A stretch of DNA of 64,000 nucleotides from Terriglobia bacterium (GTDB lineage: Bacteria; Acidobacteriota; Terriglobia; 20CM-2-55-15): contig CBDAOY010000007.1 of the NCBI GenBank assembly GCA_965198225.1, positions 480,001 to 544,000 of the forward strand, read 5' to 3'. Below are positions 1 through 8,452 of the stretch, one piece after another. Positions within the stretch are counted from its first letter, which is position 1, and each line of letters begins with the position of its first letter. Both the position numbers and the translations under genes were made by a program. The notes below the pieces were generated by a model. That model had not been told where the DNA came from. It searched no databases and saw nothing but the letters and a program-made list of their open reading frames with translations.

Positions 1-695
1 TGGGGTCTTTCCTCATACGCAATCGGATCGATCAGGTCGGCCTCTGCGAACGCCCGCAATCGCAACGCGCAACTGTCACAGGTGCCGCAGGCCGAGCCCT
101 CCGTTCGGTAGCACGACCACGTCAACTGAAACGGCGCTCCGAGATCGGAACCCTTCCGGACGATCTGCGATTTTCGCAACTCGATGAGAGGGGTTTCGAC
201 GACGATTCGCGTCGACGGCCGTGTTCCTTCATCGATCAGCCTGTTCAGTGCCTTGTAGTACTCGGGCCGACAATCGGGATAGCCCGAACTGTCTTCCCAC
301 ACGGCACCAATGAAGATCCTTTCCGCCCCGATCACCTCGGCCCATGAGGTCGCGATCGAGAGGAAGTGAGTGTTTCGGAAAGGTACATAAGTATTTGGAA
401 TATCACTCCTGTCGAGATCCTGCTCCGGAACCGTGATCCCGGGGTCCGTCAGCGACGATCCCCCGATCGCCTCGAAGTAAGGCAGATCGACTACGAGTCG
501 ATCTGCGACTTCGAAAAAATCCGCCTGGGCACTGAATGCGTCCAACTCACGTTGTTGGGTCCGTTGACCGTACTTGGCGTGGAGCCCGAAGAGCTGGTAC
601 TCCAGTCGGGCGATCGCCGCGGTCACACAACTATCCACCCCGCCGCTCATCAGGACCACGGCCCCGGGTTTACCGGATGGATTTCGACTCGTCAC
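1..695 (-). CDS. queC: 7-cyano-7-deazaguanine synthase (3' end runs off the window)
   Basis: Not in the ORF track; manual minus-strand translation from GTG at 695 gives [27 protein letters not shown] and TWSCY...CGTCDSC, all QueC motifs; adjacent to queE. Confidence 0.95.
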   Translation of the reverse strand, partial: MTSRNPSGKPGAVVLMSGGVDSCVTAAIARLEYQLFGLHAKYGQRTQQRELDAFSAQADFFEVADRLVVDLPYFEAIGGSSLTDPGITVPEQDLDRSDIPNTYVPFRNTHFLSIATSWAEVIGAERIFIGAVWEDSSGYPDCRPEYYKALNRLIDEGTRPSTRIVVETPLIELRKSQIVRKGSDLGAPFQLTWSCYRTEGSACGTCDSCALRLRAFAEADLIDPIAYEERP

Positions 696-718
696 AAGGT
701 GTCCGGTCCGACTCTTTC

Positions 719-747
719 AGTTTATTTTCCGGGATGTCTAAAGTCAA
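719..747 (-). promoter_or_regulatory. Sigma-70-type promoter for queC
   Basis: Minus strand TTGACT-N17-TAAACT in the queE-queC spacer. Confidence 0.55.
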
Positions 748-792
748 AGCAATGTTATAGCTGTAAAGCACTTCAGGGGTTTGGTTTAGGTA

Positions 793-1482
793 CTATGTGC
801 CGGGGGAGTCCGGGCCCCAGATGTGCTTGTGGACCTGCAGCTGGAGCCGAACGTCTATCCCATCGGCGAGGATCCACCGCGCAAGCTCCACCGCCTCCAT
901 CACGTCATGGACCGGTGAGAACAGGACGGTCTGTGGGCGTGAGGCCAGGTATTGCCGGTAGAAGCGGAGGGACCATTCATAATCATCGCGTGAGGAGATG
1001 ACGAATTTGAATTCATCCCGGTGCTGAACCTGCGCCAGGTTTTCCATTCGGAACGTCCCACCTTCGCCGCTGCCGGGGCACTTCACGTCGACGATCTTGA
1101 TTACCTCATCGGGCACCGGGTCCAGGGGGACGTGCCCGCCGGTTTCGATCATGACGGTGTAGCCCTCTCCGATCAATCTTTCCATCAGCGGGATCGCTGC
1201 TTCCTGTTCCAGCGGTTCGCCCCCGGTGATCTCCACGAGTCGCGTCGGGTAGGAAGCCACGGAGCTCAGAACCTCATCCACCGTCATGGTCCGGCCGCCG
1301 AAGTAGGCGTACTTCGTGTCGCAGTAGCCGCAGCGCAGCGAGCACCCGGTCAGTCGGACGAAGACGCAGGGCTTGCCGGCGTGAGTCGACTCTCCCTGGA
1401 GGGAGTGGAAGATCTCGGTTATCTGGAGCGACGCTGGCGTCGTCTTCCCGGTCTCGGAGCGTCCCATCTCTCTAGCTTTCAT
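793..1482 (-). CDS. queE: 7-carboxy-7-deazaguanine synthase, radical SAM
   Basis: EIFHSLQGE, RLTGCSLRCGYCDT, TGGEP, C-terminal LQLQVHKHIW. Confidence 0.93.
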   Translation of the reverse strand: MKAREMGRSETGKTTPASLQITEIFHSLQGESTHAGKPCVFVRLTGCSLRCGYCDTKYAYFGGRTMTVDEVLSSVASYPTRLVEITGGEPLEQEAAIPLMERLIGEGYTVMIETGGHVPLDPVPDEVIKIVDVKCPGSGEGGTFRMENLAQVQHRDEFKFVISSRDDYEWSLRFYRQYLASRPQTVLFSPVHDVMEAVELARWILADGIDVRLQLQVHKHIWGPDSPGT

Positions 1483-3349
1483 GCGCCACCATGAAGTCCT
1501 TGAGGTCTTCTACGTGTTCGACCAGGGCATAGTCGGGAAGACTGGACAGGAACAGTCTTCCGTAACCCCGCGTTCGAATCCGGCTGTCGAGCACAGCCAG
1601 TATGCCTCGATCGGTGCGTGAGCGGATAAGACGGCCGAAGCCCTGCTTCAGTCGCAGGATCGCGGCCGGTACCTGGTAGTCGGAGAACGGGTTCCCCCCT
1701 TCCTGCTCGATTTCCCGCATGCGTGCCGCAACCAGCGGATCTGACGGCACCTGAAAGGGCAGCTTGTCGATGATCACGCAGCTGAGGGCCTCGCCCTTCA
1801 CGTCGATCCCCTGCCAGAAGCTGGATGTCGCGAACAGCACCGCATGGGGTTTCCTGCGGAATTGCTCCAGCAACCGGCTTCGGCTGGTGCGACCCTGTTT
1901 CAGCGTCGGGTAGGGGAGTTCATCCTTGAGTATCTTGTAGCATGCGTCCATCTGCTGGTAACTGGTAAACAGGACGAAGGCGCGTCCGTCCGAGGCCTCG
2001 AGAATCTTCCGGATCTCTTCCGCGGCCTGGGGAAGATAGCTCGGACTCCGGTAATCGGGCAGGAAAGCGGGAACGTAGAGCGCGGCCTGTTTCTGGAAGT
2101 CGAACTCCGTCGACAGGGTTTCACCCGGCGCATTCTCGAGCCCGAGGCGTCGCCGGATATATTCGGTCGATCCACCCACTGTCAGCGTTGCCGAAGTCAA
2201 CACACAGGTGGGCACTTTATCGAACAGGGCTTCCTTCAGTAGAGGCGATACATCGATCGGGCAGGCCTCCAGGAACACGCCGCGGCCCCGGCGGTCCAGC
2301 CACGAGACATAGTTGTCCGGGTTTCCGTTCTTGAAGATCTCGAGTTCGCTCGCGATCTCGCCGGCTCGCCGGGCCAGGTTTTCCCATTCACCGCCCAGGT
2401 CCAACTGTTGCTTGCACGCGCGTCTCAGGTCGAGCAATTCATCGATCAGATCATCGATACCCTCCAGCTCCGGCAAGGGGTGGCGCCCGTCGCGGAGCAG
2501 AAGGAAGCGACCGAAGAAATGATCCGAGGCGCGTCCGAGCGCGGATGCTTCGCCCTCGATCGAGAGTTCGGTCTCTTCAGCAAGCGAGCGCGTGTCGAAG
2601 AGCATTTCCTGGATCCGGTAGTTGCTGACGTGGAACCCGAAGTATCCCGTGGCGATGTCTTCCAGCTCGTGGGCCTCGTCGAAGATCACCGCGGTGTAGT
2701 CGGGGAGTATCTGCGCCATCTCGGCTACGCGGATGGCGAGATCTGCGAAGAACAGGTGGTGGTTCACGACGACGATGTCCGACTCCATGGCCTTCTGACG
2801 GACGAGCGTCAGAAAGCAGCTTTCGAACTCCTCGCATTTCGTTCCCAGGCAACGGTCCCGCCGGGCGTCGAGTCGCGACCAGAGTTCGTCGTCGTCGGCT
2901 ATGGTGGGGAGCTCCGCCCGGTCCCCGGTCTCGGTCCGGGTGGCCCATTCGGCGATTTGAGAGAAGTTGTCCAGTTCCAGGGGCGTAAACAAGCCTTCCT
3001 CCTGGAACGTATGGAGCTTCAGCTTGCAAAGGTAGTTGTTCCGCCCTTTGAGGTAGGCGGCGCGAATCGGGCGGTCCAGAATCCTTTCGAGGAGGGGGAT
3101 GTCCTTGTAGAAAATCTGGTCCTGCAGCGCCTTCGTCCCTGTAGATACCAGAAGCCGCCGGCCGTGCATCAGGGCGGGCGCGAGGTATGCAAGCGTCTTA
3201 CCCGTACCCGTGCCGGCCTCGATGATGGCGTGAGTTCCTCCCTTGAGTGCCTCGGCGACGACGTCCGCCATGCGGATCTGCGATGGGCGCGATTCGTAGC
3301 CTTCCAGCTTCTCGGACAGGAGTCCGTCGTCGGAAAAGAAGTCTTTCAT
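1472..3349 (-). CDS. DinG/YoaA-family ATP-dependent DNA helicase
   Basis: EAGTGTGKT Walker A, Fe-S cysteines, DEAH, FWQGIDV, QGFGRLIR. Confidence 0.93.
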   Translation of the reverse strand: MKDFFSDDGLLSEKLEGYESRPSQIRMADVVAEALKGGTHAIIEAGTGTGKTLAYLAPALMHGRRLLVSTGTKALQDQIFYKDIPLLERILDRPIRAAYLKGRNNYLCKLKLHTFQEEGLFTPLELDNFSQIAEWATRTETGDRAELPTIADDDELWSRLDARRDRCLGTKCEEFESCFLTLVRQKAMESDIVVVNHHLFFADLAIRVAEMAQILPDYTAVIFDEAHELEDIATGYFGFHVSNYRIQEMLFDTRSLAEETELSIEGEASALGRASDHFFGRFLLLRDGRHPLPELEGIDDLIDELLDLRRACKQQLDLGGEWENLARRAGEIASELEIFKNGNPDNYVSWLDRRGRGVFLEACPIDVSPLLKEALFDKVPTCVLTSATLTVGGSTEYIRRRLGLENAPGETLSTEFDFQKQAALYVPAFLPDYRSPSYLPQAAEEIRKILEASDGRAFVLFTSYQQMDACYKILKDELPYPTLKQGRTSRSRLLEQFRRKPHAVLFATSSFWQGIDVKGEALSCVIIDKLPFQVPSDPLVAARMREIEQEGGNPFSDYQVPAAILRLKQGFGRLIRSRTDRGILAVLDSRIRTRGYGRLFLSSLPDYALVEHVEDLKDFMVAHES

Positions 3350-3444
3350 GCGGGTTTATTGAACCGATCGCAGGGCACAAAACCGGTCCCAACGCTAAGT
3401 GTATATTGAAGAAGTAGTCAGTAGTCAGTGCGGCCCGGGCCTGG

Positions 3445-3580
3445 AACCGACTCCGACGCCCAACTCCGACTCCCGACTCCCCTCCTTGGACAAGGAGGGG
3501 AGGATGCGCCAGAAGGCGCAGACGGGGTGGTTCGATAACGCCCGGGTGGATGCGCCGGAGGCGCAGACGGGGTGGTTTGT
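3445..3580. repeat. Intergenic short repeats and palindrome
   Basis: ccgact-type short repeats, hairpin cccctcctt-ggac-aaggagggg, two copies of ggatgcgcc..a.ggcgcagacggggtggtt. Confidence 0.6.
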
Positions 3581-3633
3581 TGTCATCATCAGCACCCCTT
3601 TTGGGTTGGCCGCTTCCACGTCATTTATCAGTC

Positions 3634-4275
3634 ATGATCACGATTCATCCGGATCTCGCCGGCGCGGTCAAGCTGGGCATCCTACAGGCTGATGACGTCC
3701 GGGTGGGAGAAACGCCCGGGCATCTGAGGCAGCTGTTGATCGACCTTGCCGCCGAGTGCAGGAACAAGTACGAGGGGGTTCCGCCGGCGAAGGTCGAGGC
3801 TATTCGCGCTGTCCGTCAACTGTTTCATCACACCGGTCTGGACCCGACACGTTACCGCCCATCCTCGGAAGCACTGTTCCGTCGGGCGGTACGGGGCAAG
3901 GAGTTGTATTTCATCAACACGGCGGTCGATCTGATCAACTATTATTCGCTGAAATTGATGGTTCCGATGGGACTCTTTGACGCCGATCGCGTTTCGCCGC
4001 CCATCGAATTCCGCATCGGGAGGGAGGGCGAGACCTACGAGGGGATTGGTCGAGGGAAGCTGAACCTATATCATTTTCCTTTGTTGTCCGACCGGGAGGG
4101 TCCGTTCGGAAGCCCGATCTCCGATTCCGTGCGAACCCGGGTCCATGAAGGTACCGGCAAACTCCTGTGGCTGGTTATCGTTCCCCCGAACGGCGAGGTT
4201 CCGCTCGATGATCTGGCCGAGGCGGCTGTGGTGTGGAACGGGGGCAAGGTGACGACCCGATTGGTGATCGGCTGA
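3634..4275 (+). CDS. Stand-alone B3/B4 (PheRS-beta editing-like) domain protein
   Basis: GLDPTRYRPSSEALFRR, INTAVDLINYYSL, DREGPFGSP; start taken at MITIHP. Confidence 0.85.
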   Translation: MITIHPDLAGAVKLGILQADDVRVGETPGHLRQLLIDLAAECRNKYEGVPPAKVEAIRAVRQLFHHTGLDPTRYRPSSEALFRRAVRGKELYFINTAVDLINYYSLKLMVPMGLFDADRVSPPIEFRIGREGETYEGIGRGKLNLYHFPLLSDREGPFGSPISDSVRTRVHEGTGKLLWLVIVPPNGEVPLDDLAEAAVVWNGGKVTTRLVIG

Positions 4276-4304
4276 GCTCGAACGAAAGGACCCGCACAAA
4301 ACAG

Positions 4305-4739
4305 ATGCTGCGCATTCCGAAACCGTTGATCGAACAGGTTCACGCCCACATGGAAGAGACCTATCCTCACGAAGCCTGCGGGCTGATAATCGGTATGATG
4401 GGGAAGGAGAAAGTCGTCCAGGCCTTTCGTGCGTGCACGAACCTGAACAAAGAGCGAGCGGAAGACCGGTACGAACTCGATCCGAAAGACATGCTTCTTG
4501 CGCAGCGAGAGTTCGAGAATGGTCCGTGGGACATCATCGGAATCTATCACTCCCATCCCGACCACCCGTCCAGGCCGTCTCAATTCGATACCGACCACGC
4601 CTGGCCCGGCTATTCCTACATCATCGCCTCGGTCGAGAAGGGCAGCGTTGCGAAAATGCAGAGCTGGGAGCTCAACGAGACGGAAGGCGCATTCCGCGAA
4701 GAAACAGTAGAGATCGAAGGAGAGGAGTCATCGAAATGA
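4305..4739 (+). CDS. JAMM/MPN+ (M67) metallopeptidase, Mec-like
   Basis: YPHEACG and YHSHPDHPSRPSQFD (HxHx7Sx2D). Confidence 0.92.
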   Translation: MLRIPKPLIEQVHAHMEETYPHEACGLIIGMMGKEKVVQAFRACTNLNKERAEDRYELDPKDMLLAQREFENGPWDIIGIYHSHPDHPSRPSQFDTDHAWPGYSYIIASVEKGSVAKMQSWELNETEGAFREETVEIEGEESSK

Positions 4740-5020
4740 GTGTGAGTGTGAAGATCCCGACACCGCTTCGGACGTTGACGGATGGTCAGGCGGAGGTGCC
4801 GGTCGAGGCGGCAACCGTCCAGGAGGCGTTGCAGAAGCTGGGTGCCGAGTTCGGGGGTTTCGGTGAGAAGGTGCTGGACGAGGATGGTCAGCTCCGCCGT
4901 TTCATCAACATTTACGTCAACGAGGACAACATCAAGGATCGGGACGACCTGGCGACCGCAATCGGCCCCGGGGATACGATTTCGATATTGCCTTCGATTG
5001 CCGGTGGGGCGGGGAAGTAG
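4736..5020 (+). CDS. MoaD/ThiS/CysO-like ubiquitin-fold sulfur carrier
   Basis: VKIPTPLR...RRFINIYVN...ILPSIAGG-AGK; ATGA overlap with the JAMM stop codon. Confidence 0.9.
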   Translation: MSVSVKIPTPLRTLTDGQAEVPVEAATVQEALQKLGAEFGGFGEKVLDEDGQLRRFINIYVNEDNIKDRDDLATAIGPGDTISILPSIAGGAGK

Positions 5021-5026
5021 CCAGTA

Positions 5027-5097
5027 GTGTAGGTGCGGTCTATGACCGCACATTTCTGGGGATGCCGATGTTGTGCGCTCATAGAGCGCACCTACAC
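5027..5097. repeat. GTAG-type REP doublet (REPIN-like)
   Basis: gtGTAGgtgcggtctatgaccgcac-spacer-gtgcgctcatagagcgcacCTACac; recurs about 10 times in the window. Confidence 0.9.
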
Positions 5098-5127
5098 CCG
5101 ACCTCCGCATCCCGTTAAGGTTCCACC

Positions 5128-6474
5128 GTGGATTCTCTCAAAGACACCAAGACCAGGGCCATACTGCCGCTCGTCGCGATCATCGGTCGGCCGAACGTCG
5201 GAAAGTCGACCGTGTTCAACCGTCTTGTCGGCCGGCGGCGTTCGATCGTCACCGACGAACCCGGTGTTACGCGGGATCGGATATACGGGTCGCTGGACTG
5301 GAACGGCGTCCGGTTCGAGATCGTGGATACGGGTGGCATCGTTCCCGGCGAAGAGTCCGAGATTCCGCAGAAGATCTTCGAGCAGGCACAGGTTGCGATC
5401 GAGGCGGCCTCGCTGGTTCTCCTCATCGTCGACGGCCGCGTGGGCCGCACGGTAGCCGACGACGAACTGGCCTCATATCTGCGCCGCCTGGACCAGCCTG
5501 TATTTCTACTGGTCAACAAGATCGACTCCCGGAAAAACGAAGCCGATGTGGCGGAATTCGCGCAGCTGGGCTTCGGGCACACTTTCCCGATATCCGCAGA
5601 GCATGGCCGAGGGTTCACCGATTTGCTGGATCGGGTGGCCGCCACGCTGCCGGAGTCGGTCGAAACGGAGCCCGGCAACGAGATCCGCGTCGCAATCATA
5701 GGCCGTCCGAATGCAGGCAAGTCCACGCTGTTGAACTTGCTGGTCGGCGAAGAGCGCTCCATGGTCTCGCCCGTCGCAGGGACGACCCGAGACGCCGTCG
5801 ACAGCCTCGTCGAACATGACGGGGTCCGGTTCCAGTTCATCGACACAGCGGGCATCCGTCGCAAGGGGAAGACGGATCAGAAGGCCGAGAAGCTCAGCGT
5901 GATCATGGCGCGAAAGCACCTGGAGCAGAGCGACGTGGCCATCCTTCTCGTCGATGGCTTCGAATCGATCGCCGCGATCGATGCGACCATCGGAGGCTAC
6001 GCTCACGAGGCTGGGCGGTCGGTGATCATTGTCGTCAACAAGTGGGACCTGGTCCAGAAGAGCCCGTCGATCACCGCGGAATTCGAAAAGAGGATCCGAG
6101 AGAAGCTGAAGTTTCTCGACTACGCGCCGATCACGTTCATCTCGGCGAAGACCGGACAGCGCGTCCAGAAACTCTACGGGATGATCGAGGAAGCAAACCA
6201 GAGTCGCCGCCGGCGCGTCGGGACCGGCGAGCTGAATCAGTTTCTGAAAGAAGTGAGCCTGGCGCGCGGCGGGCTCCCCTCCGACGTGAAGGTGCGTTAC
6301 ATGGCGCAGGTGCGGGTCGCTCCGCCCACTTTCGTCGTGTTCGCAAACACGAAGCGCAAACTGCACTTCTCGTTCGAACGATTTCTCATAAACCGCATCC
6401 GCGATAGATTCTCATTCGAAGGGACGCCGATTATAATCAAGCAACGCATGCGGAAGGCGAAAGCGGGTAAATGA
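5128..6474 (+). CDS. der: Ribosome biogenesis GTPase Der (EngA)
   Basis: Two G domains ([34 protein letters not shown]) and a C-terminal KH-like domain. Confidence 0.97.
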   Translation: MDSLKDTKTRAILPLVAIIGRPNVGKSTVFNRLVGRRRSIVTDEPGVTRDRIYGSLDWNGVRFEIVDTGGIVPGEESEIPQKIFEQAQVAIEAASLVLLIVDGRVGRTVADDELASYLRRLDQPVFLLVNKIDSRKNEADVAEFAQLGFGHTFPISAEHGRGFTDLLDRVAATLPESVETEPGNEIRVAIIGRPNAGKSTLLNLLVGEERSMVSPVAGTTRDAVDSLVEHDGVRFQFIDTAGIRRKGKTDQKAEKLSVIMARKHLEQSDVAILLVDGFESIAAIDATIGGYAHEAGRSVIIVVNKWDLVQKSPSITAEFEKRIREKLKFLDYAPITFISAKTGQRVQKLYGMIEEANQSRRRRVGTGELNQFLKEVSLARGGLPSDVKVRYMAQVRVAPPTFVVFANTKRKLHFSFERFLINRIRDRFSFEGTPIIIKQRMRKAKAGK

Positions 6475-6481
6475 TCTACTC

Positions 6482-6820
6482 ATGAAGGCCGAGATTCCCG
6501 ACAAGCTGTACTTCAAGATCGGAGAAGTCGCCGACCTCCTCGGGGTCGAAGCCTATGTTCTCCGGTTCTGGGAGTCGGAGTTCCCGACACTGGCCCCCAG
6601 GAAGACTCCCACCGGACATCGAACGTACCGCCGGAAAGATGTCGAGACCCTGATCCGGATCAAGGAACTCCTTTACGAGAAGGGCTACACGATTGCCGGC
6701 GCGCGGAAACAACTGCGACGGGGTGCGAAGCCAACCGAAACCGACGACGGTGAAGATGCGCTGCGCAAGGTGCGTGATGGTCTCGAGGACATCTTGACTT
6801 TGCTCGACGGCAAAACCTAA
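6482..6820 (+). CDS. MerR-family transcriptional regulator
   Basis: [12 protein letters not shown]...VLRFWESEF; typical position just before tRNA-Pro(GGG). Confidence 0.9.
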   Translation: MKAEIPDKLYFKIGEVADLLGVEAYVLRFWESEFPTLAPRKTPTGHRTYRRKDVETLIRIKELLYEKGYTIAGARKQLRRGAKPTETDDGEDALRKVRDGLEDILTLLDGKT

Positions 6821-6834
6821 GGTAGAAAGTTCCG

Positions 6835-6908
6835 CGGGACGTGGCGCAGCTTGGTAGCGCGCACGCTTGGGGTGCGTGAGGTCGCCGGTTCAAATCCGGC
6901 CGTCCCGA
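6835..6908 (+). tRNA. tRNA-Pro(GGG)
   Basis: Acceptor stem cgggacg/cgtcccg, anticodon arm cacgc-ttGGGgt-gcgtg, T arm gttcaaatc; CCA not encoded. Confidence 0.95.
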
Positions 6909-6914
6909 CTCCTT

Positions 6915-7697
6915 TTGGACATTCGAATCCTCATCACGAACGACGACGGGATCAGTTCGCCCGCCCTTGAGGAACTGGAGCGTGCCCTTCGGCATCACGG
7001 CCGTTTGACCATCGTCGCCCCGGACCGTGAGATGAGTGCGCAGAGCCATGCGATTACCCTCAACCGCCCGCTCCGCTACCACAAGCTCGGGGCAAACCGC
7101 TTTTCGGTCGACGGCACTCCAGCCGACTGCGTGATCCTTGCCTCGTTGAGGATCCTGAAAGAGCGACCCCATCTCCTGGTGTCGGGAATCAACCGGGGAA
7201 AGAATGTCGGTGATGGCATTCTGTATTCCGGGACACTTGCCGCGGCCTTCGAAGGGGCGCTACAGGGAATTCCGAGCATCGCCGTCTCGGTCGAGACTGG
7301 AGAAGGGATGGAGTTTGCGACCGCCGCCGATTTCACCGCCGTGCTGGCGCACAAGGTGCTCGAAGAGGGTCTCCCTCCCGGGGTGGTGCTGAACGTGAAT
7401 TTCCCCGCCGAATGGAACGGCCGTGTTCTGATGACCCGGCAAGGGCAGAAGGCCGGAAAGACTGTTCTGGTCGAAAACCTGGACCCCCGGGGAGAGCAGT
7501 ATTTCTGGCTCCATGAGGAACTGCACGAACACTTCGACATCCCCGCCGAAGAGCTCCCAGCTGACAACGAGGCCTTGATGGACGGCTACGCATCGGTCAC
7601 GCCCCTCGAACTGGACCGCACGGCCTTCCGCTACTTCAAGCCGCTCTCCACTTGGACCGACATCTTCGACACGGAAGAATCCAGGAAGGACCGGTAA
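6915..7697 (+). CDS. surE: 5'/3'-nucleotidase SurE
   Basis: ILITNDDG, DGTPADCV, VSGINRG, YSGT; TTG start uncertain. Confidence 0.93.
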   Translation: MDIRILITNDDGISSPALEELERALRHHGRLTIVAPDREMSAQSHAITLNRPLRYHKLGANRFSVDGTPADCVILASLRILKERPHLLVSGINRGKNVGDGILYSGTLAAAFEGALQGIPSIAVSVETGEGMEFATAADFTAVLAHKVLEEGLPPGVVLNVNFPAEWNGRVLMTRQGQKAGKTVLVENLDPRGEQYFWLHEELHEHFDIPAEELPADNEALMDGYASVTPLELDRTAFRYFKPLSTWTDIFDTEESRKDR

Positions 7698-7699
7698 TG

Positions 7700-7769
7700 G
7701 TGTAGGTGCGGTCTATGACCGCACACTCTTCGAACCGCAACACCGTGCGCTCATAGAGCGCACCTACAC
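7700..7769. repeat. GTAG-type REP doublet
   Basis: Same two hairpins as 5027-5097, between convergent surE and RidA genes. Confidence 0.9.
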
Positions 7770-7811
7770 CCGATCATTATGTTTCGCTTGTGACCACCTG
7801 ATTCTTGCCCT

Positions 7812-8207
7812 TCATTCCACCGCCGTCGCCTCGATCTCGATCATCAACTCCGGAAACGCCAGCCGCGTTACCCCGAGCAACGTGCTTGCCGGCCGGCAGC
7901 CCGCGGCACCCAGCCTCTCGCCCGCCACCCCAGCGTTCTCGATGAACTTGTCGACGTCCGTGGTGTAGTAGTTCAAACGGATGACGTTCGCCAGACCGAT
8001 GCCGGCTCCCTCGAGGACCGTTTCGAGGTTGTCGAACGCCGCATTCAATTGCGCGGCCATGTCGCCTGGATGTATCGAATTTCCGTCGGCGTCGTTCGAC
8101 GTCTGACCGGCCACAAACACAGTGCGTTTCGCATCCCGTATGTCGTTCGCCTGTACAAAACCGTACTGATCCTGCCACTTCCAGGGATTGATGATTGTCC
8201 GTTCCAC
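7812..8207 (-). CDS. RidA/YjgF family protein
   Basis: VFVAGQ, PASTLLGVTRLAFPELMIEIEATA. Confidence 0.88.
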   Translation of the reverse strand: MERTIINPWKWQDQYGFVQANDIRDAKRTVFVAGQTSNDADGNSIHPGDMAAQLNAAFDNLETVLEGAGIGLANVIRLNYYTTDVDKFIENAGVAGERLGAAGCRPASTLLGVTRLAFPELMIEIEATAVE

Positions 8208-8329
8208 CCTATCCTCCTTGTGTTGGTCAGCGCTGAGCGTGGCAGTCTATCTCCTTTTGAGGCTGAAAGTGTAGCCGGTGGCGCCGGGCGAGGGACAAGG
8301 GCGTATGCTAAACTAGAGCGGTTTGACGT

Positions 8330-8403
8330 CGGGACGTGGCTCAGCCTGGTAGAGCACCTGGTTCGGGACCAGGGGGTCGCCAGTTCAAATCTGGCCGTCC
8401 CGA
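8330..8403 (+). tRNA. tRNA-Pro(CGG)
   Basis: cgggacg acceptor stem, anticodon arm cctgg-ttCGGga-ccagg, gttcaaatc T loop; CCA not encoded. Confidence 0.95.
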
Positions 8404-8423
8404 CTTTTAAAATCAATGAGATG

Positions 8424-8451
8424 AGCCGCCTTTATCGGCGGCTTTTTCTTT
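8424..8451 (+). terminator. Rho-independent terminator (intron insertion target)
   Basis: agccgcc-tttatc-ggcggct followed by ttttcttt. Confidence 0.8.
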
Positions 8452-8452
8452 G

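Noticed and set aside
696-792. preQ1 riboswitch before queC
   Set aside because: No preQ1-like stem with an A-rich tail recognised; the spacer looks like a plain promoter.
366-1001. 211-aa plus-strand ORF
   Set aside because: Antisense to queC and queE, with no recognisable features.
1-1482. QueC-based defence system (Qat, type IV CBASS, Dpd)
   Set aside because: QueC and QueE look canonical in length and motifs; no TatD, cyclase or DpdA partner is visible.
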